Notes: generated by a model from the sequence alone, not told the origin. DNA of 64,000 nucleotides from Acidobacteriota bacterium (GCA_040005235.1 JBDTZG010000005.1:64001-128000); one strand, 5' to 3'. Positions 30,360 through 39,865 are shown, counted from the stretch's first letter. A program made the numbers and translations.

Positions 30360-31847
30360 ATGCCTTTTCCTTCGGCCATCTCGCTCAGAGATGTCGCTCT
30401 GATCGGACCGGAGCTGCTCCTGGGGGCGGCGGGCATGCTGCTGCTCGTGGCCGGGGCGATCGGCAAGGGTCTGTCGCAAAAGGACGCCGCCAGAGTCGCG
30501 GGATTCAGCCTGGCGCTGGGGGCGGCGGTTCTGTTCGAGGTGCGCTCGGTGGTGGGTAGGGTCCCCGCCCGGTTGTTCGGCGGCAGCCTCGCCCTCGACG
30601 GCTATTCGTTCTTCTGGCAGCTCCTGGCGCTCGCCTCCGTCGGGCTGGTGGTCCTGATGTCGTCGCGGGGCCTCGAGTCGATCGCCTCCCGCGCGTCGGA
30701 GTATTTCGCGCTGCTCCTGATCGCGACCTCCGCCTTGATGCTGATGGTCGCGGCACTCGATCTGCTGACGCTCTGGATCGCGCTCGAAACGATGGCGCTT
30801 TCGAGTTACATCCTGGCCGGGATCTTTACTCGCGAGCGGCGCTCGAACGAGGCGGCGATCAAATATTTCGTGCTCGGCGCGCTCTCGTCGGCCATTCTTC
30901 TCTACGGCATTTCGCTGCTCTATGGGGCGACCGGCACTCTCGACCTCGAAGCGCTGGCGCAGGCCATGCCCGCGGCGCTTGCTCAAGGCAGCCGGATCGC
31001 GCCGCTGGGCGGCCTGCTGGTCGCCGCCGGGTTGTTGTTCAAGATCGCCGCGGCGCCGTTTCATTTTTGGGTTCCGGACGTGTACGTCGGAGCGCCCACG
31101 CCGATCACTGCGTTTCTCGCCAGCGCCTCGAAGCTCGCGTCGTTTGCGGTGCTCGGCCGGGTGTTTCTTCTCGCCTTCGGGGGAGTGCGGGTCGAGTGGC
31201 AGCCGGTGATCGCCGGGATCGCCGTGCTGAGCATGTTCTGGGGCAACGTCGGGGCGCTCACCCAGTCGAACGTCAAGCGGCTGCTCGCCTACAGCTCAAT
31301 CGCCCACGCCGGCTACCTCTTGATCGGGGTGCTCGCCGCCTCCGAAACCGGCCTCTGGGCCGCGATGTTCTATGCCGCGGCGTATGCGTTCATGACGATC
31401 GGGGCCTTTTCGGTCGTCGCCCTCTGGAGCCGGGGCCAATATGCGGCGGAATCCTGCTCCGACTACGCCGGGCTCGGCCGCCGTTCGCCGTATCTGTCGG
31501 CCTCGATGCTGATTTTCCTGATCGGGCTTACCGGGATTCCGCCGACCGGCGGATTCTTCGGCAAGGTGTTCCTGTTCGCGGCGGCGGTCGAAGCCGGCTG
31601 GACCGGGGTCGCCGTGGTGGGTGTGCTGACGAGCGCCCTCTCGCTCTATTTCTACTTCCGGATCGTCGTCTTCCTCTATTTTACGCCCGCCGCCGAACCG
31701 GCCATGCATTGGGAGACGTCGCCCCCCCCGGCGATTTCGGCCGCCTCGATCGGCGTCGGCCTCTGCGCTGCCCTTACGCTTGCTCTCGGGATCTTTCCCG
31801 GCCCGCTGATCGACCTGGTCAAACAGAGCCTGCTCGCCATGCGATAA
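30360..31847 (+). CDS. nuoN: NADH-quinone oxidoreductase subunit N
   Basis: EAAIKYF, FKIAAAPFHFWVPDVYVGAP, KRLLAYSSIAHAGY. Confidence 0.95.
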   Translation: MPFPSAISLRDVALIGPELLLGAAGMLLLVAGAIGKGLSQKDAARVAGFSLALGAAVLFEVRSVVGRVPARLFGGSLALDGYSFFWQLLALASVGLVVLMSSRGLESIASRASEYFALLLIATSALMLMVAALDLLTLWIALETMALSSYILAGIFTRERRSNEAAIKYFVLGALSSAILLYGISLLYGATGTLDLEALAQAMPAALAQGSRIAPLGGLLVAAGLLFKIAAAPFHFWVPDVYVGAPTPITAFLASASKLASFAVLGRVFLLAFGGVRVEWQPVIAGIAVLSMFWGNVGALTQSNVKRLLAYSSIAHAGYLLIGVLAASETGLWAAMFYAAAYAFMTIGAFSVVALWSRGQYAAESCSDYAGLGRRSPYLSASMLIFLIGLTGIPPTGGFFGKVFLFAAAVEAGWTGVAVVGVLTSALSLYFYFRIVVFLYFTPAAEPAMHWETSPPPAISAASIGVGLCAALTLALGIFPGPLIDLVKQSLLAMR

Positions 31848-31921
31848 GCTCTCGGTTGAGGGCGCCCGGATCGGAGCGCCGGAATCGAGATCAGGTGCCG
31901 TAAATGGCGAGGGGAGCTCCC

Positions 31922-32548
31922 GTGGCAAAAGAGAGCGGTGACCACCAAAAGGGGTGGGACTTCGAGGCGGCGGCCATGCCCTTCGTCGATGCGCTCTACA
32001 ACACCGCCTACCGGATGGCGCGCAATTCGGAGGACGCGGAAGACTTGGTGCAGGAGACATACCTCAAAGCCTACCGCTACTACGACAAGTTCGAAGAAGG
32101 TACCAACTTCAAGGCGTGGCTCTTCAAGATCATGAAGAACACGTTCATTAACAACTATCGCAAGAAACAGCTGGCCCCGGCGTTTTCGGACTTCGCCGAT
32201 ATCGAGGAGAGCTTCGAGAGCCAGGTGAGCGAGGAAGTCGCGCGCCAGAATCCGAACCCGGAAGAGGAGCTGCTGGAAGACGTGCTCGACGAGGACGTCC
32301 AAAAGGCGCTCGAAAAACTACCGCCTGACTACCGAATGGTGGTGATCCTCGCCGATCTCGAAAACTTCTCCTACAAGGAGATCGCCGAGATCCTGGAGGT
32401 TCCGGTGGGCACGGTGATGAGCCGTCTTTACCGCGGCCGTCGGCTGCTCGAAGCGGCAATGCTCGAGTTCGCCAAGGGTCACGGCTACCTGCGCGGCGGC
32501 GAGCCGACCAAGATGAGAAGCCGGCCCAGTCCGGCGACGTCGAAATGA
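31922..32548 (+). CDS. ECF sigma factor (SigH/SigR-like)
   Basis: [14 protein letters not shown]...[23 protein letters not shown]; [23 protein letters not shown]. Alternative start at 31904. Confidence 0.9.
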   Translation: MAKESGDHQKGWDFEAAAMPFVDALYNTAYRMARNSEDAEDLVQETYLKAYRYYDKFEEGTNFKAWLFKIMKNTFINNYRKKQLAPAFSDFADIEESFESQVSEEVARQNPNPEEELLEDVLDEDVQKALEKLPPDYRMVVILADLENFSYKEIAEILEVPVGTVMSRLYRGRRLLEAAMLEFAKGHGYLRGGEPTKMRSRPSPATSK

Positions 32549-32575
32549 GGTTTGCCGGAGGCCGCCCCGTGTTGC

Positions 32576-32601
32576 GGAATTTCCCGAACGCTCTTGGAGT
32601 T
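32576..32601 (+). promoter_or_regulatory. SigR/SigH-type promoter GGAAT-N18-GTT
   Basis: Exact match to the actinobacterial SigR/SigH consensus, between the sigma and anti-sigma genes. Confidence 0.5.
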
Positions 32602-32683
32602 TTCGCCGGTAGAATCGAGAGAGACCACCGAGCTGACCCTATGTCTTGCCAAATCGATCGAACGATTCCGGGGGACCGAATCG

Positions 32684-32929
32684 ATGGACTGTAAGCGGAT
32701 CAGCGAAGTGATCTATCTATTCTTCGACAACGAGTTGGAGGAAGACCTCCTGGCGCCGTTCCAGGCGCATGTCGATCGTTGTCCCGAGTGCGCCCATCAG
32801 GTCGGCAAGACTCGGAAGGTTCTGATTCTGGTGCGCGAGCGGTGCGAGCGCTGCTGCGCGCCCGAACACCTGCGGTTGAAGATTCTCACCAGCATGCCTC
32901 ACCGCCGCTCTGCGGCCCGCCCCCATTAG
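32684..32929 (+). CDS. zinc-binding anti-sigma factor (ZAS, RsrA/RshA-like)
   Basis: MDC...HVDRCPEC (HxxxCxxC), extra CERCC, no TM segment. Confidence 0.85.
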   Translation: MDCKRISEVIYLFFDNELEEDLLAPFQAHVDRCPECAHQVGKTRKVLILVRERCERCCAPEHLRLKILTSMPHRRSAARPH

Positions 32930-32942
32930 GAGGGCTCATCCC

Positions 32943-33413
32943 ATGCGTACTTCCTCGCGCTTGCAAGCGCTACTCGTCCTCGGTGTATTTTTAGTGCTCG
33001 TCGTTGGCGCCAACCCGCTTCAGGCCCAGGGTGGCTGGCGTCTTTCCGGAATGGGCGGCGAGAGCCTGTCGGAAGCCGATGTCGGTCAGGGCGCCACGGT
33101 GGTGGTCGTCTGGGCTTCCTGGTCGCCGAAGTCGCGCGACATCGTGGAGCGGGTCAACCAGATCGCCGGCCACTGGTCGGGCAAGGCCCGCGTGGTGACG
33201 GTCTCGTTCCAGGAGGAGAAGGCCGCGGTCTCTAGTTTTCTGGCGGGTAAGGGCTTGAGCGTGCCGGTTTTTCTCGACAGCAACGGCGGTTTTTCGCGAA
33301 AGTATGCGATCGCCACTCTGCCCGGTCTCCTGGTGCTCAAGGACGGCCAAGTGGCATACCGCGGAAAGCTGCCCGAGGATCCAGATGCGGTGATTGCCGA
33401 GCTGGTTCGGTAA
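32943..33413 (+). CDS. exported TlpA-like thioredoxin-fold protein lacking CxxC
   Basis: Signal peptide; VVVVWASWSPKSR; PVFLDSNG; YAIATLP (cis-Pro loop). Confidence 0.8.
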   Translation: MRTSSRLQALLVLGVFLVLVVGANPLQAQGGWRLSGMGGESLSEADVGQGATVVVVWASWSPKSRDIVERVNQIAGHWSGKARVVTVSFQEEKAAVSSFLAGKGLSVPVFLDSNGGFSRKYAIATLPGLLVLKDGQVAYRGKLPEDPDAVIAELVR

Positions 33414-33539
33414 ATTAGGTCTGGAAACGGGTTGCGGGCGGCGGAAGCCGCCTGCTACACTGCCCGTGGTCGCTGACGCCCTGGTCTCGGCCGCCCTTCA
33501 ATTCCGCCTTCAGAGACGGCGAGGAGGACCCCCGGCCGG

Positions 33540-34934
33540 ATGGCATTCCATAGGCGTCACGCCCTCTCCGTATTGCGATTGGCGGTGCCGGTCGGACTGG
33601 CGCTCGTCGGCTGGATGCTCAGCGTTTCCACCAACCGGTTGGAAGCCTATAATCGCTCGCCGTTCCCGGTAACCTCCATTCCCGCCTTCCGCGAGGAGTT
33701 CGCCCCGCGGCTCGCTTCTCCGACCGCCACGTCGCGATGGCTCGATCGCGCCCGGGTCCCGGTCGAATATTCGCTGAACCGCGGCGAGACCGTCCCTACG
33801 CTGTTCACACGCTTAGGCCTTGAAGGGGCGGACGCCGAGCAGGCGGTCGCCGCTTTTTCTCGCGATCTCGACCCCCGTCGGCTGCGCGCCGGCAACCGGT
33901 TTTCTGCATATTTTGGGCCACGGGCGACTTTGGCCGGCCTCGACCTTACGGTGTCGGGCGTGGGGCGGCTCGAAATGGCAAGGGGCACCAGCGGCTGGAA
34001 GTCCCGGTGGCGGGATTTCGCCCGCACCTCTCGGCTCCGCGTGGTCCGCGGCTCAATCGACGGCGCGTTCGACTCGTCGGTCCAGGCGGCCGGCGGCCCG
34101 CCGTCGCTAGCCTATCGGATCGCCGAAATTCTCCAATGGGACGTCGATTTCGCGCGCGATCTCCATCGTGGCGATCGGTTCGAAGCGCTGTACGAAGAGG
34201 TGCTCGTCGACGGCAAACCCTACGGAGTGCAGAAGGTGATCGCGGTCGCCTACGAGGGCGATGGTGGCCGGAAAGAGGCGATCCGTTTCGGTACGGACGG
34301 CACTTTTTACGACGGCGAAGGCCAGCCTCTGCGCAAAATGTTTCTGCGCTCGCCGCTGCGTTACTCCCACATCACCTCGCGCTTCAGCATGCGCCGGTTC
34401 CATCCGGTGCTCGGCGTCTTTCGGCCGCACTATGGGATCGACTATGGAGCCCCGATCGGCACGCCGGTCCAATCCACGGCGGGCGGCGTGGTCGTCTCCG
34501 CGGGTTTCGAGCGAGGGGGCGGCAACGTGGTGAAGGTCCGCCATGCGGACGATTACGTGACGGCCTACCTGCATCTTTCGCGGTTCGGCAGCGGCATTCG
34601 GCCGGGAGCGCGGGTCCATCAGGGCGACACCATCGCTTACACCGGAATGACCGGTCTCGCGACCGGACCGCACCTCGACTACCGGGTTCAGCATCAAGGG
34701 CGCTGGATCGACCCGCTCTCGCTCACCAGCGTCCGAGATCAGGATCTGCCGTCCCGCCAGCTCGCGTCGTTCCGCGGTTGGCGGAACGAGGTGCGTCGGG
34801 CATGGGTCTCCGGTCAGGTCGACCGGCTGGGGGGCGCCCTGGGCCTGCCGGCTCCGCTATCCGGGGCGCCGCAGATGGCGGGCCGACGCGTTCCGGCCGG
34901 TAGTACGGCGACCCCGGTCGTCGTCGCTCGCTAG
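33540..34934 (+). CDS. M23 family peptidoglycan DD-endopeptidase (MepM-like)
   Basis: HYGIDYGAP, YLHLS, GLATGPHLDY. Confidence 0.9.
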   Translation: MAFHRRHALSVLRLAVPVGLALVGWMLSVSTNRLEAYNRSPFPVTSIPAFREEFAPRLASPTATSRWLDRARVPVEYSLNRGETVPTLFTRLGLEGADAEQAVAAFSRDLDPRRLRAGNRFSAYFGPRATLAGLDLTVSGVGRLEMARGTSGWKSRWRDFARTSRLRVVRGSIDGAFDSSVQAAGGPPSLAYRIAEILQWDVDFARDLHRGDRFEALYEEVLVDGKPYGVQKVIAVAYEGDGGRKEAIRFGTDGTFYDGEGQPLRKMFLRSPLRYSHITSRFSMRRFHPVLGVFRPHYGIDYGAPIGTPVQSTAGGVVVSAGFERGGGNVVKVRHADDYVTAYLHLSRFGSGIRPGARVHQGDTIAYTGMTGLATGPHLDYRVQHQGRWIDPLSLTSVRDQDLPSRQLASFRGWRNEVRRAWVSGQVDRLGGALGLPAPLSGAPQMAGRRVPAGSTATPVVVAR

Positions 34935-34942
34935 GGCGTAAC

Positions 34943-35926
34943 ATGCGCTGTCTCGCCTGGTGCCGCGTAGATCTGGCGGGCGGAACGCTCGACATCTGGC
35001 CGCTCGGGTTGGCGTTTCCCGGCGCCCGGACGGTGAACGTCGCGATCGACGTCGCGGTGCGCCTAACGCTGGTTCCGAGTCCTGACGGGCACTATCAGGT
35101 CCGCCAGTCGGGGACCGAGATCGTCGCCCCTTCTCTTTCCGCTCTCTCCGCGCGGCAAGACTCGGCGTTGATTGGTGTCTTTGCCGAAGCTCTCGACCTG
35201 CCCCCTTTTTGCTTGGATCTCGCGAGCGACTCGCCGCGCGGCGGGGGATTGGGCGGCAGCTCGGCGATCGGTGTTGCGTTTCTTGCTCTCGCCGAGGAGG
35301 TTTTCGACCTGCCGCGCTCCTCGGCCGCCGAGCGAACCCACCTCGCGCGCGACCTCGAAGCCCGGTTGATGGGTCTGCCGACCGGCCTTCAAGATCACTA
35401 CCCCGCTTTGTTGGGCGGAGCGCTCGAGATTCTGCACCGGCCCGGTGGGGAACAGGTTCGCCGACTCGCGGTGGATCTCGATGCGCTGTCGGATCACCTG
35501 TTGTTGGTCGACACGGGTGCGAGCCATTTCTCGGCCGGCCAGAACTGGCAGGTCGTCCGCCGCTGCCTGGAAAAGGACCCCGAGGTCTGCTCCGCACTAG
35601 GTGAGATCGCCGAGGTGGCCGAAGCGATGGCCGAGGCGCTCGAACGAAACGATTTTCCCCAGGCCGGCCGCCTGCTGCGCCGCGAATGGCAGGCGCGCAG
35701 CCGTTTGGCGGAGGGGATCTCGACCCCGAAGATCGAAGAACTTCTCGATCGCTCGGCGGCGCTCGGTGGCTGGGGAGGCAAGGCGTGTGGAGCGGGGGCC
35801 GGCGGCTGCGTCGCGCTGCTCGTTCCGGCCGAAAGGAAAGAACAGATCGCAGCCGAGATGGAGAAGTCGGGCGGTCGCGTAGTTCCCGCCCGCGCGGTCG
35901 CGGGGCCGCTCGAGCTGTTCGATTAG
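34943..35926 (+). CDS. GHMP kinase (HddA heptose-7-phosphate kinase-like)
   Basis: RVDLAGGTLDIWP, PRGGGLGGSSA, TGLQDHY, KACGAGAGG. Confidence 0.82.
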   Translation: MRCLAWCRVDLAGGTLDIWPLGLAFPGARTVNVAIDVAVRLTLVPSPDGHYQVRQSGTEIVAPSLSALSARQDSALIGVFAEALDLPPFCLDLASDSPRGGGLGGSSAIGVAFLALAEEVFDLPRSSAAERTHLARDLEARLMGLPTGLQDHYPALLGGALEILHRPGGEQVRRLAVDLDALSDHLLLVDTGASHFSAGQNWQVVRRCLEKDPEVCSALGEIAEVAEAMAEALERNDFPQAGRLLRREWQARSRLAEGISTPKIEELLDRSAALGGWGGKACGAGAGGCVALLVPAERKEQIAAEMEKSGGRVVPARAVAGPLELFD

Positions 35927-35940
35927 GCCCCTCCAAGAGC

Positions 35941-35983
35941 CAAAAACACGAAAGCCGGCCGGACCTTTCGGTCGAGCCGGCTT
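35941..35983 (-). terminator. intrinsic terminator between convergent genes
   Basis: AAGCCGGC...GCCGGCTT stem with inner GACC/GGTC; T-run on the minus strand. Confidence 0.65.
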
Positions 35984-36007
35984 CGGATTCTCAAATTCCG
36001 GAAGGGG

Positions 36008-37399
36008 TCAGCGGTTCTTGGCGCGCTGCGCCAGGATCTGCTCCGCCTGTTCGCTGGTCATGTTCGGACCGAGGGTGATGCTCAGAACGTCCGTCCAGCC
36101 GTTCGCGGTGGATTCGCGGTAGAGAATCTTGTCGTCCTGCAACCAACTGACGATCAGGGAATCGCCGTGGGTCGAGGTGTAAATGCTAGGCACGGCGTCG
36201 CCGGTGTCCGGAACCGGAAGATCGACGGCGGTATGGAGCGCAAGCGCATGCCCCGGGTTTTCCACCGCCGGCTCGGCCGTCGGCGTCGCCATGACCTCGG
36301 CGATCCGGTAGGCCAAGTTTTGCTGGCGTCCGCCACGCCCGCCTAAGGCGTCCGCACCAATCTCGATGATCTGAGAACGGATAGCGTCGGCAAGGCGGCG
36401 AACTTGACCCGGAGCATAACGGCTTCCAATCTCGATGATCTGGGAGCGAATTTGTTCCGCAAGGAAACCTCTGATGCTCGGATGAAGGGTACTTCCAATC
36501 TCGATGATCTGCGAACGTATCGCATCGGCGAGTAGCGAAACCGGAGTCGGGATTCGGGGAAAAGTGAGGATCTTTGCGCGCACCCGAGCCGCGATGTCCG
36601 ATAGATCGACTGGCATTACATCGATCTCTACCGTATTCAGGCGCTCGGTCTGTGAGTTCACGAACGTCGCAACCGTGGAACCTTCGTCGCCAAGCTGAAT
36701 GGATGGCGCGTGGAGAAGCGACCCGGTCGGAATGTCGAGGACTCTATCGCCACCCCCTTCCGCCAGATCGTCCAACAAGAAGACGGGGTTCCAACCAAGG
36801 TAAACGCCGTCGATCAAGATGACCGGTGCGTAAACAGCGCGGTCCTCCGCCCCCGTCGTTTCCCACCAGACGGTCTCAACGATGGTTCGATAGTGACGCT
36901 CGGGAGCACCGGCGGCGCCTGTGAGCTCGAAGGTATCCCGGCTCACTGCAATCCGAGGGAAACTTTTGAAGCTATACCGGTCGCCGGAGATCTGAACTAC
37001 GTCACCAAACTCGCCATCCGTGAGGTTCGTCAGATAGAGAACGGAATGGAGAGGGTTGATGCGGCTCTCCCAGACCAGAAAAATACTCTTCGACGACTCC
37101 TCGAAGAACAAGGAGGGAGAACTCTCGATATCGTTGCCACCGGTTCCTGGAACGAGCATCCGCTGCGTGGTCGGTCCGTCGGTTCCAGGTCGCGTCAGGT
37201 CCAGGGCGAGCACCACGACATCGGTCTGAGCAAAGGCGGCGCTGGGAAACAGGTCTCGATACACCCCGGCCTGCACTCGATACAATTCGCCGTTCGAACC
37301 CAGTGCGACATCGTGCGCGTCGGCACGAACCGGCGCTAAAGCCGCGAGTCCGATGACAAGAAGGATCTGGATGGTTCGTTGCATCTTCATCGATCTCAC
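36008..37399 (-). CDS. secreted hypothetical protein with three 23-aa-period IRSQIIEIG repeats
   Basis: Signal peptide (..ILLVIGLAALAPVRADA); GTGA overlap with the TPR gene; CCAATCTCGATGATCTG at 36357, 36426 and 36495. Confidence 0.8.
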   Translation of the reverse strand: MRSMKMQRTIQILLVIGLAALAPVRADAHDVALGSNGELYRVQAGVYRDLFPSAAFAQTDVVVLALDLTRPGTDGPTTQRMLVPGTGGNDIESSPSLFFEESSKSIFLVWESRINPLHSVLYLTNLTDGEFGDVVQISGDRYSFKSFPRIAVSRDTFELTGAAGAPERHYRTIVETVWWETTGAEDRAVYAPVILIDGVYLGWNPVFLLDDLAEGGGDRVLDIPTGSLLHAPSIQLGDEGSTVATFVNSQTERLNTVEIDVMPVDLSDIAARVRAKILTFPRIPTPVSLLADAIRSQIIEIGSTLHPSIRGFLAEQIRSQIIEIGSRYAPGQVRRLADAIRSQIIEIGADALGGRGGRQQNLAYRIAEVMATPTAEPAVENPGHALALHTAVDLPVPDTGDAVPSIYTSTHGDSLIVSWLQDDKILYRESTANGWTDVLSITLGPNMTSEQAEQILAQRAKNR

Positions 37400-38316
37400 G
37401 CTTTCAGGTTGATCAGCTTGCGGACATCGATTGCGAGCAGGAAGTCCGGAAGATAACGGTCATTCGGGAAGAATCGTTCTTGAAGGTCGAGGAAATGCTC
37501 GTGCGCGACGCCGGAGTCGTGAGCGAGATTCGCGGCCTCTCCCAGCAGGTATAGGGCATTCTTGACGACGTCGTTATCGCCTACGCTCTCTGCAATCTGC
37601 AGCGCAATAAGGCCATGTCGGTAGGCCGCGCGATAGCGACCCACTTCAAGTAGTGCAAAGCAGAGGCTCATATGAGGCCCACGCTCAAATCCGCGAGCGC
37701 CCAGGGAACGCAGCGTCCGGAGCGACTGGTAGAGATCACGAAAGCCGTCGGCAAAGCGTCCTTCGACGGTTCGACAGTATCCGAGGTTCTCGAGTATGAG
37801 CGCACGCTCCAGTTTTCGTTCTGAAGGCATCAGTTTCAACGCCTGTTCGTACTCCGCCAGGGCCTGGTCGAAATAGCTCTCGGCGGCCAGGATGTTCCCG
37901 ATGCTGTTGTGCGAGACGGCCTTCCAATCATCGCGACCGAGAACTACGGCTCGATCCAACGAAATCCGGGCGTAGAAAAGGCCCTTCTTGAAGGCCTTTC
38001 GAAGCTCGTGGGCGTGTGCCAGGTTGTAGGCTGCGAGCCAGCAGTTTTCGAGGTCGGTATTGCGCATAAGGATCTCGCGCAACCGGATCAGATCGCCATC
38101 CGAGATCGCCCCGGTCTCGATTTCGACCGCGGCAAGGTTGCAGAAGGCGCGGTCGATCAGGCGTTCCTCGCCATCCTCGCGCGCCCGAACGAGCGCTTCG
38201 TCGAAGAGACGGTGGGCGACTTCCAGGTCGCCTTGATTCAGGGACTTGAGGCCCCGCTCGCGCAGGATTTCGTAGGTAGCGGTCGTTTCGATCAGATCCA
38301 TCGTAGAGATCCCCAC
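37396..38316 (-). CDS. tetratricopeptide-repeat protein, no signal peptide
   Basis: TPR-like helices: RAFCNLAAV, AAYNLAHAH, SHNSIGNIL..FDQALAEYEQAL, ILENLGYC, ALYLLGEA. Alternative start at 38301. Confidence 0.85.
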   Translation of the reverse strand: MGISTMDLIETTATYEILRERGLKSLNQGDLEVAHRLFDEALVRAREDGEERLIDRAFCNLAAVEIETGAISDGDLIRLREILMRNTDLENCWLAAYNLAHAHELRKAFKKGLFYARISLDRAVVLGRDDWKAVSHNSIGNILAAESYFDQALAEYEQALKLMPSERKLERALILENLGYCRTVEGRFADGFRDLYQSLRTLRSLGARGFERGPHMSLCFALLEVGRYRAAYRHGLIALQIAESVGDNDVVKNALYLLGEAANLAHDSGVAHEHFLDLQERFFPNDRYLPDFLLAIDVRKLINLKA

Positions 38317-38688
38317 TCACTCACCCGACTCGTCGGAGCGACGTTCGAGCTGCTCTCGTTTGAAGGCTACGAAATCCTCGACCTCGCGCTGTGCGGCCTC
38401 GTCCAGGCTGCTCAGGTCGCGGGCGACGCGGAGCGCACGGGTCGAAGCCTCGTTGGCTTGATTCACCTCGTCGAAGAACTCACCGATCGAGAGCTTGAAC
38501 TCGGCGACGATGCGGAACAGGGTGTCCAGGCTCACCCGGTACTCACCCTTCTCCATGCGGGAAAGGTCGGACTGCTGGATGCCGAGACGGGAAGAGAGCT
38601 CCACCTGCGTCAACTTATGGTCGCGACGGAGCTGCCGTATCTTCCGGCCGACGAGCTGGACCTGGCGAATCTTGGGCGAAGCGATCAT
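38317..38688 (-). CDS. XRE-family HTH transcriptional regulator
   Basis: GRKIRQLRRDHKLTQVELSSRLGIQQSDLSRMEKGEYRVSLDTL. Confidence 0.92.
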   Translation of the reverse strand: MIASPKIRQVQLVGRKIRQLRRDHKLTQVELSSRLGIQQSDLSRMEKGEYRVSLDTLFRIVAEFKLSIGEFFDEVNQANEASTRALRVARDLSSLDEAAQREVEDFVAFKREQLERRSDESGE

Positions 38689-38803
38689 GTCGACTCATCT
38701 CACTCGGAGCGGCTATGTCAAAATGGCATAGAGACGCCGGTTTGGATGGAAGAATACCGCCGGAATGGACAGACGTCAATCGATGCGTCGGTGAACGGGA
38801 AGA

Positions 38804-38828
38804 GCCGTGCCCGAAAGCCGGGCACGGC
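38804..38828 (-). terminator. hairpin downstream of the peptide gene
   Basis: GCCGTGCCCG-AAAGC-CGGGCACGGC, a perfect 10-bp stem 10 nt after the stop. Confidence 0.65.
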
Positions 38829-38838
38829 CAAAGGCGGA

Positions 38839-38985
38839 CTAGCCGATATCGACGATATGCGCGCCGATGTCGGAGGGCGGCGGCGCCGGGTTACCGAGAT
38901 CGATGATCTGGGCGTGAATTCCACCGGCCACGGCGTCCAGCCGGGCTGGAGCGAAACGGGTGCTGCGGGGGGTAGCTTTCTTCAT
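38839..38985 (-). CDS. 48-aa peptide precursor with a double-glycine-type leader and two related core motifs
   Basis: AAGGGAAGG RBS; MKKATPRSTRFAPARLDAVAGG|IHAQIIDLG-NPAPPPSD-IGAHIVDIG*. It is the 3' end of track ORF 38839..39507. Confidence 0.75.
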   Translation of the reverse strand: MKKATPRSTRFAPARLDAVAGGIHAQIIDLGNPAPPPSDIGAHIVDIG

Positions 38986-39330
38986 GAATGGCCTTCCCTT
39001 CGTGTTCGGCCAGGGGCGATTCCCCGAGCCGAGCTGCATAGCGCTCGCGCGCCTAATGGTACTGTACGGATCAGTCGGCTGAAGCGTTTTAGATCCAAAC
39101 AAGGGGTAGATCCCGGCGCACTTCTCAACCGCTCCGCATCTGTAGACTCCAATGCGGGGAACCGGCGGCGACACGGGTCTCAATGTCTGGGGAGTCTCAG
39201 TCTGCGAGGACCGGCGAATTGCGCTCGCTTGCCGGCGCGAGAGGTGACGGAAGTGCTCCGAGACCAACACGTGGTCACCCGGTCGGTCACAGCACCGTTC
39301 GAAGCCCAGAAGGGACTTCTGGCGGCCTGC

Positions 39331-39865
39331 GGAATTCTTCTTGGGCTGAGCGAAAAGCTCCGCTTCTAGAGCGGAGAACTCCGGGTCTTGGGCGGAAATC
39401 TCCTGGCGTTCGGCGGAATTCTCCCCGGACTCCCCGAAACGCTCCGTGGATTCCCCGGAACTCTCCTCGAGCTCGCAGGAAAACTCCTCCTGTTCGGAGG
39501 AATGCACCTTGTCCTACGCGGAATCATCCGGAGATCCCACGGTGTACTCCGCCAGGGTAACGGCCTTTTCCGGTGATTTAGAGGAGCATTCCGGAGAGCC
39601 GGAGGAGTTTTCCTGAGAGCCAGAGGAAGCATCCTGTGGATCAGAGGTGCCTTCCTGGAATCCAAAGTAGCCTTCCTCGGAAGTCCAGGGGTGGTCCTGG
39701 AGTCCGGCGGGATATACCGCGAAAACGACGGAGCTTTCCTGCCAACCCAGGGATCATTCCGCTGAAGGCGATTTGTTTTCCGCTGAGTTTAAGGAGCGTT
39801 CCGCGCACCCTACAGGCCGATCCGTTGCTTGACCGGAGCGTTCCGCGCATTCTCCGCAGTCTTCC
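39331..39865. repeat. 26-unit, 21-bp-phased array of GGA-N4-TCC-like cores with variable 11-bp linkers
   Basis: Cores checked at 39331+21n (n=0-25), e.g. GGAGAACTCC, GGAATTCTCC, GGAGTTTTCC, GGAGCGTTCC; no phase slips. Confidence 0.85.

Noticed and set aside
38839-39507. 222-aa track ORF
   Set aside because: The N-terminal part is the repeat array read in frame. The RBS supports only the last 48 codons.
39331-39865. CRISPR array interpretation of the 21-bp arrays (also 1277-1430)
   Set aside because: Cores are only about 10 bp and degenerate, linkers are 11 bp, and there are no cas genes in the window.
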